A stretch of DNA of 64,000 nt from an archaeon. GTDB lineage: Archaea; Nanobdellota; Nanobdellia; Pacearchaeales; GW2011-AR1. The DNA lies in assembly GCA_027343665.1 (NCBI GenBank), contig DAHWKL010000001.1, positions 313,294 through 377,293 on the forward strand, read 5' to 3'. Made by a program: the position numbers and the translations under genes. The notes under the pieces were generated by a model. The model worked only from the letters and a program-made list of their open reading frames with translations. It was not told the origin of the DNA and ran no database searches. Shown piece after piece: positions 18,816-29,008 of this stretch (positions are counted from its first letter, which is position 1; every line of letters begins with the position of its first letter).

Positions 18816-19034
18816 TTAATCAAGGTAATAAGTATTGGAGGCAAACTTTTTTTTGCACCTTGGACATTCCCATACTCCTTTTGATATTCTTTTCACTCCG
18901 AGCTTTTCGCAAAAAGGGCATTTCTGCTTTAAGTTCTGCTTTGATTCTACCTCAACAAGTTTATCCTTGACTGTCTTTCCATACCTTGCTCCGAATCTTC
19001 CTGCTGATTTTGTTTTTTTTGATTTTGTTGTCAT
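18816..19034 (-). CDS. rpl37ae: 50S ribosomal protein L37ae
   Basis: SAGRFGARYG, CPFC...GVWECPRC. Confidence 0.95.
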   Translation of the reverse strand: MTTKSKKTKSAGRFGARYGKTVKDKLVEVESKQNLKQKCPFCEKLGVKRISKGVWECPRCKKKFASNTYYLD

Positions 19035-19043
19035 TGTTTTAGA

Positions 19044-19116
19044 TGGGGCTGCCCGGATTTGAACCGGGGTCGAGAGGTCCCAAACCTCTAAGGCTACCAG
19101 GCTACCCCACAGCCCC
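19044..19116 (-). tRNA. tRNA-Pro(TGG)
   Basis: Cloverleaf GGGGCTG...AGAGG-TT-TGG-GA-CCTCT...GTTCAAATC...CAGCCCC-A. Confidence 0.96.
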
Positions 19117-19148
19117 ATAAGTTAAGGGGAATTGTTTAATTTATAAAC

Positions 19149-19832
19149 TTATTTTTTGGCTGGCTTGGCCGGCACTTTCTCAGCCACTTTTGCCGTCGTT
19201 GTTGCAGCTGGCGTGGCGGCTGGTGCTGCTGCTGCCGCGGCTGCCGCTGCAGCTTCTTTTTGCTCAGCTTCTACCTTAAGCTGTTTATCTTGTGCTGATT
19301 TTAAGTTTTCAAAAAATTCTTTTATTTGTTTTTTCTTATCTGCAGAAACTTCAGTTTTTTCTTCTTTTATCTCTTTATCAAACTTACCTTCATCGACCAT
19401 TTTTTCAACCTCAACGGGATTCATATTTTCAACCAGGATTCCAAGACTGACACAACTTCCGATAACAGTTTTGACTGCAGTCTTCAAATCATTACAAAGA
19501 AGATTAGGCATCTTTGATTTTGCAACAGAAATTATCTGTTCGATTGAGAGATTTCCAACTTTAATCTTTTTCTGAAGGCCTGACCCGACTTGTATCCCTG
19601 CTTCTTTTTTCAATAAACCTGACACGGGAGGCGAAGATACATTAACCTCGAAAGTCTTCGTTTTCAGGTCTACCACAATATCAACCGGAACCTGCATTCC
19701 CTTGAAAGCCTGAGTTGAAACATTTACTTGATCTATAACTTTATTAATAGGTATTCCTGCAGGACCCAGTTTCTGGCTAAGAGCTGGGCCTGGTTTCATT
19801 GCCCCACCATCAACCAACAGTTTTATGTTCAT
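19149..19832 (-). CDS. rpl11: 50S ribosomal protein L11 with Ala/Lys-rich C-terminal extension
   Basis: LLVDGG...PGPALSQKLGP, GSCVSLGI. Confidence 0.96.
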   Translation of the reverse strand: MNIKLLVDGGAMKPGPALSQKLGPAGIPINKVIDQVNVSTQAFKGMQVPVDIVVDLKTKTFEVNVSSPPVSGLLKKEAGIQVGSGLQKKIKVGNLSIEQIISVAKSKMPNLLCNDLKTAVKTVIGSCVSLGILVENMNPVEVEKMVDEGKFDKEIKEEKTEVSADKKKQIKEFFENLKSAQDKQLKVEAEQKEAAAAAAAAAAPAATPAATTTAKVAEKVPAKPAKK

Positions 19833-20281
19833 TTTTCTTCTTCTCCTTCTCTCCTTATAACCTTAACATTATCAAGTTTTATTGTGACTGGCAAGGGTAC
19901 AACTGCACCAAGTAAGCTCACAACTACTTCTTCCTTCTGTTTGTCTATTCTTAAAACTTTTGCTTTTTCCCCTTTAAGAGTAGAACCAATAATCTCAACA
20001 ATATCTCCTTCTTCAATTGAAACCGTCGCTGCACTTGTCTCAAGCATATTCTTTATCTCATCGTAAGAGATAGTTTTTCCGACGATGCCTTTTATGTAGG
20101 GAAGATTATAAACAGCCTCTTCAGCTGATTCTCTGTCTTCGGACTCGAGGATTATGTATCCCCTTAAACCATGTGGTCTCAAAACAGAATAGACATTAAG
20201 ATTTTTCTTCTTACCTCTATCGGCAATCATCTCAATCGCCGAATCTTCCTTGTTTGTCTGAACTTTTACTATAAATATCAT
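19829..20281 (-). CDS. spt5: Transcription elongation factor Spt5/NusG
   Basis: LRGYIILE, KOW motif GDIVEIIG. Confidence 0.95.
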   Translation of the reverse strand: MIFIVKVQTNKEDSAIEMIADRGKKKNLNVYSVLRPHGLRGYIILESEDRESAEEAVYNLPYIKGIVGKTISYDEIKNMLETSAATVSIEEGDIVEIIGSTLKGEKAKVLRIDKQKEEVVVSLLGAVVPLPVTIKLDNVKVIRREGEEEK

Positions 20282-20357
20282 TTCTCAAACTACCTCAAAA
20301 CTTTAGAAGTAGTAATATTAATTAAAAGAGATGCTTTATAAAAGTTTTTATTAAGAT

Positions 20358-20525
20358 TTATTGGAAAAATCCAATGATAATCGAAATTATAAACCCAATA
20401 AATCCAAGTATCACGATACCTATTGCTGAAATCTTAGCAGTCATTGTAAACTCTTTTTTTGACGGCTTTTTCAAGGTCTTCCATACTCTTATGCATTTAT
20501 GATAAAAAGTTTTCAAATTTTCCAT
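20358..20525 (-). CDS. secE: Protein translocase subunit SecE (Sec61 gamma)
   Basis: RVWKTLKKPSKKEF plus TM helix; ftsZ-secE-spt5-rpl11 synteny. Confidence 0.93.
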   Translation of the reverse strand: MENLKTFYHKCIRVWKTLKKPSKKEFTMTAKISAIGIVILGFIGFIISIIIGFFQ

Positions 20526-20555
20526 ATAAAAAAATGACTTCAAGAGTTTTTAAAA

Positions 20556-21653
20556 TTATTCCAAAAACTCAATCCCTAATTCTTCTTCCATCTCACGGTG
20601 CTTTAAAGATTCAAAGTCTTCACCACGGCCTAAAACTTGTGAACTTCTCACACCTGTAACAATCAAAAGGACCCTTATCGATTTGTCCATATCAGGAGAT
20701 ATCTTTGCACCCCAAATCATTTTCGCATCTGGGGAAAGCTTTCCGCCAACTTCATGTATTATATCTTTACATTCTTCAAGGCTCATGTCAGGCCCACCAA
20801 TTATATTCACAAGAGCTCCTTTGGCTCCCGAGATGTCAACATCAAGAAGAGGATTGCGTATCGCTTTTGTGACTGCATCAAGGGCCCTTTTCTCAGTATC
20901 ACTTTCCCCCATGCCAATCAATGAAACTCCTCCTTCGACCATAACTGCTCTTATGTCGGCAAAGTCCAAATTGACAAGGCCTGAAGTCGTGACAAGTTCA
21001 GTCACGCCTTTCACAGCATTTGTCAAAATCTCATCGGCAATTTTGAAAGCAGTATGAAGAGGAAGTTCCGGAGCGAGCTCAAGAAGTTTATCGTTAGGAA
21101 TCACTATCAAAGTGTCCGTGAGCGCTTCCATCCTCTCAAGTCCATAAACAGCATTTTCAATTCTTTTCGCACCTTCTATCGTGAAAGGCATAGTCACAAC
21201 TCCAATAGTCAAAGCACCAAGTTTTTTTGCAATTGAAGAAACAACTGGAGCAGCACCCGTACCTGTTCCACCACCCATACCGCATGTGATGAAAACCATA
21301 TCACTTCCAGAAAGTTTCTTTTTGATTTCAGATTCCGATTCTTTAGCAGCTTCTTCACCTACCTTTGGGTTGCTTCCTGCGCCAAGCCCCTGAGTAAGCT
21401 CTTTTCCAAGAAGAATTTTTTGATCAGCATCCGTATAAAGAAGATCCTGCGCATCAGTGTTCATAGCTATAAGTTCCCCACCTTTGATGCCAATTTCTTT
21501 CATACGGTTGAGAGAATTCCCTCCCCCTCCTCCAATCCCAACAACCTTGATTCTCGTCGCCTGTTTTTTTATAATCTCTTCAAGCTCCTTATCAACCTCT
21601 TTCACGTTTGAAGAACTCAGCGCAACATCCAGTTCAGAATAATCTTCTTCCAT
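20556..21653 (-). CDS. ftsZ: Cell division protein FtsZ
   Basis: GGGGGN, GGGTGTG, NLDFAD. Confidence 0.98.
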   Translation of the reverse strand: MEEDYSELDVALSSSNVKEVDKELEEIIKKQATRIKVVGIGGGGGNSLNRMKEIGIKGGELIAMNTDAQDLLYTDADQKILLGKELTQGLGAGSNPKVGEEAAKESESEIKKKLSGSDMVFITCGMGGGTGTGAAPVVSSIAKKLGALTIGVVTMPFTIEGAKRIENAVYGLERMEALTDTLIVIPNDKLLELAPELPLHTAFKIADEILTNAVKGVTELVTTSGLVNLDFADIRAVMVEGGVSLIGMGESDTEKRALDAVTKAIRNPLLDVDISGAKGALVNIIGGPDMSLEECKDIIHEVGGKLSPDAKMIWGAKISPDMDKSIRVLLIVTGVRSSQVLGRGEDFESLKHREMEEELGIEFLE

Positions 21654-21763
21654 TAATAAACATGATTAAATCCATTTATAAAAATTGTTGTGGTTTCAAG
21701 CCAGATGAACCGCTTAAGATAATTAAGTGGATTATACTTAGAAAAATTAATAATCAAGATTTC

Positions 21764-22435
21764 TTATTTTGAATTATCTTTTTCAGATTTTACCGACTCA
21801 GTTAATTTCATCTCCACATCCATACCAAGCATTTCCTTGTATTTGTCTTTGAAAAGTTCGGCGAAACTTGAAAGCTCTTGGGGTATTTCAATCGAAATTT
21901 TTTTTCCGCTCACATTGAATTTAAGCTCCTGCGAGCCCAAGAAAAATTCATTTAAGGACTTAATCTTCTCATCCAGACTGTCAATTTTCTTTAAAATTTT
22001 AATTTTATACTCTACACCCTTTCCGGCAAGTGGATTATTAAAATCTATTATAACCCTTCCACTTGTAACTGTGAGAACCTTAGCAATTCTCCCGTCGAAA
22101 TTAAAAACGCTGCCCGGAATTGGATTTAGATTGCTGTCTTTGAAAGTTTTCAGAGGAACCATCTGGATAAGTTTTGGGTCTCTTTTTCCGAAAGCGTCCT
22201 CCGGATTGAGAGAGAGGTCATATTCGCCGATATCTTTCCCAATTAAAAATTTATCAACACCCTTAAGAAACATTCCTTCTCCCAGGCAAAAAATAAATGG
22301 TTTTGTCTCGACAGGGTGATTGTGCCCTGAATGAAGTTTTTCTAGATGTTCTTTCACATTTGAGTCAAAAACCTCTCCGCCTTTGACACGCCCCGTAAAC
22401 TCAATTGCTATAAAATCTTTTTTTTGAAGAGCCAT
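21764..22435 (-). CDS. FKBP-type peptidyl-prolyl isomerase (long archaeal SlyD-like)
   Basis: PEDAFGKRD, DFNNPLAGK. Confidence 0.92.
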   Translation of the reverse strand: MALQKKDFIAIEFTGRVKGGEVFDSNVKEHLEKLHSGHNHPVETKPFIFCLGEGMFLKGVDKFLIGKDIGEYDLSLNPEDAFGKRDPKLIQMVPLKTFKDSNLNPIPGSVFNFDGRIAKVLTVTSGRVIIDFNNPLAGKGVEYKIKILKKIDSLDEKIKSLNEFFLGSQELKFNVSGKKISIEIPQELSSFAELFKDKYKEMLGMDVEMKLTESVKSEKDNSK

Positions 22436-22496
22436 GATAAACGATGATTGAATGAATAGTTTATAAAATTTGTTGGTGCAGGGAAGTGGGGAAAAT

Positions 22497-23201
22497 TCAT
22501 TCGAATAATCTGTCTGAAAGCTCTTTTAGTTTGGCGTTCCTTTCGGCAGAAATTTCGCCAAACTTCGGAAAATTTCTTTCAAGCCCGTATGCAATCGGCT
22601 TGAAAGCACCGTAAATAAGTTTGCATTCTGATACAATCATATCGGAATATAACTCGGGACGGGAGGAAACATCTATCATGTTCAGGCCATTTACTGGCCA
22701 GTCGTAATTGAATTCTCTTTTTATAGTCATCAGATGTTTTTGAAAGAATGATGCCTCAAGACTACCAAAATCGTGAGCAAAATCTCGATTAAGTTCATTA
22801 TTCAATCTCGAAATATCCAATTTCGAGCTTTTCAACCTTGAGAGAATCGCTGAGGAGATAAATTTTTTATCCACTTTGTGATTGTCTTTACTTGGATAAT
22901 CCAAATTAAATGAATACCCGAAACAGCCCTCATACCATTTTATACGAGGGTTAGAAGAACGATGCATGTGCAAAGAGATAAATTTATTCCCATCTATCTG
23001 ATAAATTAGTTGAAAATTCCCAGGCTCAGAAGGAAATTCTGTTTCTTGGACATGATTTAAATTAAGCTCTCCTGTAAAAAACCCATTTGCTCCCTTAGCC
23101 ACAATTTGGTAAAAAAAATCAACATATTCATCTTTACAGACTTTTTTATGATATTCTTCCAACTTTTTATCAATGAATTGGTCTATCTCCTCCTTGTTCA
23201 T
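22497..23201 (-). CDS. Hypothetical protein
   Basis: 234-aa ORF, ATGA overlap with upstream gene. Confidence 0.65.
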   Translation of the reverse strand: MNKEEIDQFIDKKLEEYHKKVCKDEYVDFFYQIVAKGANGFFTGELNLNHVQETEFPSEPGNFQLIYQIDGNKFISLHMHRSSNPRIKWYEGCFGYSFNLDYPSKDNHKVDKKFISSAILSRLKSSKLDISRLNNELNRDFAHDFGSLEASFFQKHLMTIKREFNYDWPVNGLNMIDVSSRPELYSDMIVSECKLIYGAFKPIAYGLERNFPKFGEISAERNAKLKELSDRLFE

Positions 23202-23695
23202 CCTCTCTCTCCCCTAAGTGCCTCGACAATTTTTTTATAATCCTCATTGTCAGAAGTTATCGGGATGACCTTTTCAGGGATGCAATTTCCGAAGATAAGA
23301 TCGGCACCTCTACGATACCTATATCTAAAAATTCCTTCTACGTTTCTTTTGGCCCCGTGCAACTTCTCCCAAAAACCTGGAATCTTCACTCTTTCGCCAT
23401 AATCTTTCAGCAGCCAAAGGTTATCCACCACATACACTCCAAAGTATGGCCCAATCACCAAATGGTCCGGGAGAGGAATTGGAAGAATTGAAATGAGATC
23501 ATAACTCCCGAAAGAACCTTCCCCAAATCTGAATTTTTCTTTCTCAGCTATTGCTTCAAGAGCATTCATATCAAGATCATTAAAATTAATTTCTTCAAGC
23601 CTGAAGAGAGAATCAATATAAGGGAATAAATTTTCATTATCTATACTTTGTGTCATAGATTCAACTCCCCTGGAATAATATTGTTCTGTTTTCAT
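23198..23695 (-). CDS. Hypothetical protein
   Basis: 165-aa ORF. Confidence 0.65.
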   Translation of the reverse strand: MKTEQYYSRGVESMTQSIDNENLFPYIDSLFRLEEINFNDLDMNALEAIAEKEKFRFGEGSFGSYDLISILPIPLPDHLVIGPYFGVYVVDNLWLLKDYGERVKIPGFWEKLHGAKRNVEGIFRYRYRRGADLIFGNCIPEKVIPITSDNEDYKKIVEALRGERG

Positions 23696-23724
23696 TTTTA
23701 AATCACTTTATTTTTGTCCTCCCA

Positions 23725-24309
23725 TTAATCATATAACGCTATCACTTCATCCGTTGGGCTGAACAGCTTTGATTGAAATGACTCTGGATTTGATATCTTT
23801 CCCACATAAAAGTAATTATCGTGAAATTCATCTTTAATCGTTTTGTAGGTCATTTGCGTCTTTAAGTCATCTTTCATTTTTTTCATGAGATAATCCCTAG
23901 CCAAAGAGATAGAACGATCTGCATGAATATCTATTACAAAGAGGTATTTCTTCATTAATTTTCCTAAAAGTCCCCCTTTCCCTTTCCTTATCTCTTCCTT
24001 ATACACATCAGTTTTCATTGCGTCATCTTCATTTATTGCAAATGAACTGAACATTCTATGCATAGTTATCCCTTGAACCAAATAAAGACCCCAATCAGTT
24101 TTCTCAATGAAATCTTTACTCTGGATTGCTTGTATATACCCCATCCAGTCAAGGCGGGACCTAGGGGTATCAGCAACATAATACGTATCAAGCTTTGGAG
24201 GGATAATTATCCCATATGTGCTTTTTCTGGTGTCCTGTATTTGTACCCTTTCTGATTTTTCCAACGCTTTTATCAAATCCGATTTATTTTCAATTCTTAA
24301 GTTTTTCAT
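23725..24309 (-). CDS. Hypothetical protein
   Basis: Likely ATG at 24309 (MKNLRIENK); divergent from the Lrp regulator. Confidence 0.65.
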   Translation of the reverse strand: MKNLRIENKSDLIKALEKSERVQIQDTRKSTYGIIIPPKLDTYYVADTPRSRLDWMGYIQAIQSKDFIEKTDWGLYLVQGITMHRMFSSFAINEDDAMKTDVYKEEIRKGKGGLLGKLMKKYLFVIDIHADRSISLARDYLMKKMKDDLKTQMTYKTIKDEFHDNYFYVGKISNPESFQSKLFSPTDEVIALYD

Positions 24310-24438
24310 TTTCCTATTTCCTTCAGTTGTGTTTTTCACAACTTGATAGTAGTATGCAATTACACATATATAAAGGTTTTTTCTCCAAAAGATTATTTTC
24401 AAGTAAAATTTATAAATATATTACTTATAATTTAACTT

Positions 24439-25407
24439 ATGATAAAAATTGATGTAAAAGACAAAAAAATCCTCTCGCTACTTGATGAGAACGCACGTTA
24501 CACCAATTCCCAGATTGCAAAAAGAGTGCACTTGAGCAAACCTGCCGTTGAATATAGAATCCAAGGGCTCGTAAAAAAAGGTGCTATATTCTCGCATTAC
24601 ACAGTTATAAATTTTACAAAACTCGGTTACTCACAGTATAAAATCTATTTCAAATTTCAGAACACTTCAATGGATGAAGAAAAGAAAATGATTAATTATT
24701 GGATTAATGATAAAAACTCAATCTGGGTCGGTGAGATGCGCGGGCGCTGGGATCTTGCGGTTTCAGTCCTGTCAAAATCCAACTTCGAATTCGGAAGAAT
24801 ACTTGGAAAATTCATGAACCATTTTTCAAAATTTATCTTAGAGAAAGATATCCTTCTGACGGAATATTCCCCAGTTTATTCCAGAGAATATTTGGCTCAA
24901 GGCAAAGAAAGGAAAAAGTTCGAATTTATTTACGGGGTTCCCGAGAGAATCTACGAACTTGATGAAATAGACAGGAGAATATTAAAAGAAATTTCTAATA
25001 ACACACGCGCAACAATCATCGAAATCTCTGGTAAATTGAATCTTTCAAGAGATGTGATAAATTACAGGATGAAAAAACTCCTTAAAGATAAGATCATCAT
25101 CCAATTTAGGACTTTTCCGAACCTTGAGAACTTAGGGATAAAATTTTACAAGATAATTGTCCGGACAAAGAACTTCAATGAGACTGAAGAAGAAAAGATG
25201 AAAGATTACGTAAGGAATAACAAAAAGGTAACGCAGTTACTGAAATTAATCGGCTCATGGGATCTGGAACTTGAAATTGAATCCGAGAATGAAGATGAAC
25301 TTTACGGAATTATTTCCGACATAAGGAAAAATTTCTCCGAAGTAATAAGAGACTTTGACATATTAAGAATAACAAAGACTCATAAATACAATTACTTCCC
25401 CTTCTAG
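24439..25407 (+). CDS. Tandem (double) Lrp/AsnC family transcriptional regulator
   Basis: Two HTH-RAM repeats: DKKILSLLDENAR...YRIQGL and DRRILKEISNNTR...YRMKKL. Confidence 0.9.
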   Translation: MIKIDVKDKKILSLLDENARYTNSQIAKRVHLSKPAVEYRIQGLVKKGAIFSHYTVINFTKLGYSQYKIYFKFQNTSMDEEKKMINYWINDKNSIWVGEMRGRWDLAVSVLSKSNFEFGRILGKFMNHFSKFILEKDILLTEYSPVYSREYLAQGKERKKFEFIYGVPERIYELDEIDRRILKEISNNTRATIIEISGKLNLSRDVINYRMKKLLKDKIIIQFRTFPNLENLGIKFYKIIVRTKNFNETEEEKMKDYVRNNKKVTQLLKLIGSWDLELEIESENEDELYGIISDIRKNFSEVIRDFDILRITKTHKYNYFPF

Positions 25408-25451
25408 AAAAATACACAAACTTTTATAAATGAAATTTTTTTATTCATATA

Positions 25452-25841
25452 ATGGTATTGAAAATAATTGATGCAACAGAGGCGAGGGTTGGAACGAACC
25501 TGACTCTCGAAGGTGAATTCTACACTATAAAAAAGATGGATATTTCAAAGACAGGTAAACACGGGCACGCTAAATGCCGTATTGAAGCAGAAAATATGGT
25601 CACAGGATCCAAGAAAGTGTTTGTTGTCCCAGGCCATGAAAGATTTGAAGTTCCTCTTGTAAACAAAAATAAAGGTCAGGTACTGTCTTTATCCGGAGAT
25701 CATGCAAGTATAATGGACCTTGAATCTTTTGAGACAATAGAAGTATCTGTTCCTGAAGAGTTAAAAGACCAGATTCAGGCAAATGATAACGTCGAATATT
25801 GGAATGTCGAAGGGACGCTTATATTGAAAAGGAAGATGTAA
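25452..25841 (+). CDS. eif5a: Translation factor aIF5A
   Basis: SKTGKHGHAK hypusine motif. Confidence 0.97.
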   Translation: MVLKIIDATEARVGTNLTLEGEFYTIKKMDISKTGKHGHAKCRIEAENMVTGSKKVFVVPGHERFEVPLVNKNKGQVLSLSGDHASIMDLESFETIEVSVPEELKDQIQANDNVEYWNVEGTLILKRKM

Positions 25842-25895
25842 TTCTTAGAAACCCCAATTAAAAAACTTTTTAAACCATTTATTTCTGTATCAATT

Positions 25896-26060
25896 ATGGC
25901 AACAAAGATTAAAGAAGCACAGGACAGACTTTTCAAAAATATGTTCGTATGCCAGAGATGCGAAACAAAGATGAGAGCTGACCCGCAGAAAATATTGAAG
26001 GGCAAAGTCAAATGCAGAAAATGCGGACGAAGCCAATTCAGAGTTTTGAAGAAGAAATAA
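25896..26060 (+). CDS. rpl40e: 50S ribosomal protein L40e
   Basis: Not in ORF track; hand translation MATKIKEAQDRLFKNMFVCQRC...KCRKCG...R. Confidence 0.88.
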   Translation: MATKIKEAQDRLFKNMFVCQRCETKMRADPQKILKGKVKCRKCGRSQFRVLKKK

Positions 26061-26119
26061 ATCCATTTGGAACCGCCACCCTTATAAACTTCTTTTCCAA
26101 ACTAGATTAAGGTGATAAA

Positions 26120-27526
26120 ATGGATGTAATGTTTTGGGACCTGACTCTTATGGCGATTTTTGTCATTGCTATTTCAGTTTTCCTTTATGCAAGAAGGGAG
26201 AGGATAAAAAGGGAAGGATTACTTCTTTTATACCATACCAAGTGGGGCGTAAAATTTATAGACAGATTCGGGAAGAAGCACAAAAAATTTCTAAAAGTCT
26301 TGAGTTATATTTCAGTTATACTTGGTTACATCCTGATGATTTTGATGATCTACCTTTTTGTGCAGATATTATGGGTTTACATTTTCGAAGCAAATATTGT
26401 AAAAACAATAAAACTCCCTCCAATTACTCCACTTATACCTTACCTTCCGCAAATTTTCCAATTGAACTTCCTTCCACCATTTTATTTTTCATATTGGATA
26501 ATAATACTCGCAATTGTTGCCATCACGCATGAATTCTTCCACGGGATTTTCGCTAGGAGCTTTGACGTCAAGACAAAAACAACCGGGTTCGGGTTTTTCC
26601 CATTCTTTTTCCCAGTATTCCTGGCAGCTTTTGTGAACTTAGATGAGAAAACAATGGAGAAAAGAAAAAATTTCCAGCAGATGTCTGTCCTTTCGGCAGG
26701 CACCTTCGCGAATATAATAACAGCGATAATAGGCGGACTTTTGATGATCTTATTCTTTACAGCTTCTTTTGCACCATCAGGTGTCATTTACAATGACTAC
26801 GCTTTTGGGTATGTGAATATGAGCTCGATAACTTCTGTAAATGGCGTCCCTGTACACAATATCTCTTACGGACTTCTGAGCAATATGACCCTACAAGGAA
26901 GGCTCAACAAAATTATTGCAGGAAATGAGACATTTGCAGCAATAAAAGGAATAGTCCCAAATTCAGATCAGATAGCACTTTATTATGATTCTCCCGCCTT
27001 AAAAGATAATCTTAGCGGGGCCATAATCTCTCTTGACGGAAAAAAAGTCGCAAGTCTTGATGGACTTGGTTCACTTATACAAAACCATTCAGCAGGAGAC
27101 AAGATAATCCTCACTCTTTTCAATGGAAGCGCAACATCAAACAAAACAATAACCCTTGAGAACTCACCTGATGGCAAACCATGGATAGGAATCACTTTTG
27201 AAAGCCAGAGCTCATCCGGAATAATAAGCGGAATTACGAATTGGTTAGCTTCATATAAAGACCCGCATATTTATTACACTGAAAGATTCACAGGAGCAGA
27301 TTTCATATATAACTTACTTTGGTGGCTTGTACTTGTTTCATTCAGCATAGCTCTTGTAAACATGCTTCCTGTTGGAATTTTTGACGGCGGAAGATTCTTC
27401 TACCTCACAGTTTTATCAATAACAAAATCAAAAAAAATAGCTGAAAAAACTTTCAAGTTCGTGACTTACCTTTTCCTTGTACTGCTTCTTGTCCTGATGA
27501 TATTCTGGGCAAAGAATTTCTTCTGA
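26120..27526 (+). CDS. Site-2 protease (M50) with PDZ-like insert
   Basis: HEFFH, AAFV, AGTFAN, NMLPVGIFDGG. Confidence 0.93.
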   Translation: MDVMFWDLTLMAIFVIAISVFLYARRERIKREGLLLLYHTKWGVKFIDRFGKKHKKFLKVLSYISVILGYILMILMIYLFVQILWVYIFEANIVKTIKLPPITPLIPYLPQIFQLNFLPPFYFSYWIIILAIVAITHEFFHGIFARSFDVKTKTTGFGFFPFFFPVFLAAFVNLDEKTMEKRKNFQQMSVLSAGTFANIITAIIGGLLMILFFTASFAPSGVIYNDYAFGYVNMSSITSVNGVPVHNISYGLLSNMTLQGRLNKIIAGNETFAAIKGIVPNSDQIALYYDSPALKDNLSGAIISLDGKKVASLDGLGSLIQNHSAGDKIILTLFNGSATSNKTITLENSPDGKPWIGITFESQSSSGIISGITNWLASYKDPHIYYTERFTGADFIYNLLWWLVLVSFSIALVNMLPVGIFDGGRFFYLTVLSITKSKKIAEKTFKFVTYLFLVLLLVLMIFWAKNFF

Positions 27527-27599
27527 AACTTTATCTCACAGAAAAAGATTTCATAATATTCTCCATAATTCTTTTAAACGCATGAAATTTTCCTCATGA

Positions 27600-28658
27600 A
27601 TGACATTACAAGAATTGTCAAAAGAAAGGCAAGAACAGCTTAACGAATTGCAGAAAAAGATCCTCATAAGGCAAGGCTACAGACTTGTCGGAAATCATTC
27701 TGCTGTGAAGATATGTGAATGGACAAAGAAATCTCTCCGTGGAGAGGGAAACTGTTACAAATGCACTTTTTACGGAATAAGATCACACCAATGCATGCAA
27801 ATGACAACCTCTATGTTTTGCGCTTCACGCTGCAAATTCTGCTGGAGGGGGCAAAAAGCCCCTGTCGGAAAGGAATGGTACGGTCCGATCGATTCACCTG
27901 AACACATAATCGAACACTCAATTGAAGAACATCTGAAACTTCTTGCAGGTTTTGGGAGCAACAAAAAAATGAATGATAAAAAAAGGGAAGAACATAAAGA
28001 TGTAAGACATGTCGCACTTTCGCTCACCGGTGAACCTATAACTTACCCGCTGATAGATGAGATACTTGAACAATTCCACCAAAGGAGAATATCAACTTTT
28101 TTGGTCACAAATGCACAATTTCCGGAAGCTATAGAAAAAATAAGAAACGTGACCCAACTTTACCTGAGTATAGACGCCCCTTCAAAAGAAAAATTGAAAG
28201 AAATTGACAGGCCACTTTTCTCTGATTACTGGGAAAGAATGAACAAATGCCTTGATCTTCTTGCAACTCGAAGGTACAGAACATGCATAAGGCTCACGAT
28301 GGTAAAAAAAGAAAACATGGACAATTACGAAGAATATGCAAAGCTGATAAACCGCGGCTCACCTGACTTTATAGAACTGAAGTCTTATGTGTGGGTAGGT
28401 GAAAGCCAAAAATATTATCATGTTCCAAACATGCCTTATATGGAAGACATGAAAGAATTCACCAAGAAACTCCTTGAATTCCTGCCTGAATATGAATACT
28501 TATCAAGACACGAACCGTCACGTGCAATTCTTTTGGGAAAAAAGTCCCTCAATAAAAAACATTGGATAAATTTCCCTAAATTTTTTGACCTTGTCGCATC
28601 AGGAACAGATTATACCGCTGAAGATTATTGTTCCGAAAAGATGGAGGATAACAAATGA
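27600..28658 (+). CDS. taw1: 4-demethylwyosine synthase Taw1/TYW1 (radical SAM)
   Basis: HSAVKICEWT, CYK, CASRCKFCWR, ALSLTGEP. Confidence 0.95.
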   Translation: MTLQELSKERQEQLNELQKKILIRQGYRLVGNHSAVKICEWTKKSLRGEGNCYKCTFYGIRSHQCMQMTTSMFCASRCKFCWRGQKAPVGKEWYGPIDSPEHIIEHSIEEHLKLLAGFGSNKKMNDKKREEHKDVRHVALSLTGEPITYPLIDEILEQFHQRRISTFLVTNAQFPEAIEKIRNVTQLYLSIDAPSKEKLKEIDRPLFSDYWERMNKCLDLLATRRYRTCIRLTMVKKENMDNYEEYAKLINRGSPDFIELKSYVWVGESQKYYHVPNMPYMEDMKEFTKKLLEFLPEYEYLSRHEPSRAILLGKKSLNKKHWINFPKFFDLVASGTDYTAEDYCSEKMEDNK

Positions 28659-28861
28659 AAGATTTGACAGCCCTGTTCAAAAATGCGAATGAAAGTGTAT
28701 TAAGAGGATTTGCATCAGCCCAACTTGAGATTAATGAAAAAGGCAAAGACCCAGAAAATTATTTCATATCTAACAGGCCAGAGAAAGCCTATGAATTCCT
28801 CTTCTATGGGATAGGATATTTGGCTCAGAGATATAACTTTCTTTGGAACAGAGGAACTTAA
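28655..28861 (+). CDS. Small hypothetical protein
   Basis: 68 aa, ATGA overlap with taw1. Confidence 0.55.
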   Translation: MKDLTALFKNANESVLRGFASAQLEINEKGKDPENYFISNRPEKAYEFLFYGIGYLAQRYNFLWNRGT

Positions 28862-29008
28862 ATAAATTCGAATCAGCCCCCATTTTTTTCGTCTCATACC
28901 TATACCGAGTTTGTTCGGTCAGAATCAAACAGCATGAAATAAGATTCTTCCGCAAAAAAAAGAGTTTAATAGTTTTATCTAAATTTAGGAAAATTTGCGA
29001 ATAGATTA

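Noticed and set aside
18816..19118. ORF-track 100-aa version of L37ae
   Set aside because: The extension runs through tRNA-Pro; the true start is ATG 19034
19196..19256. GCT/GCC-rich tandem-like repeat
   Set aside because: It encodes the poly-Ala tail of L11; not an independent repeat element
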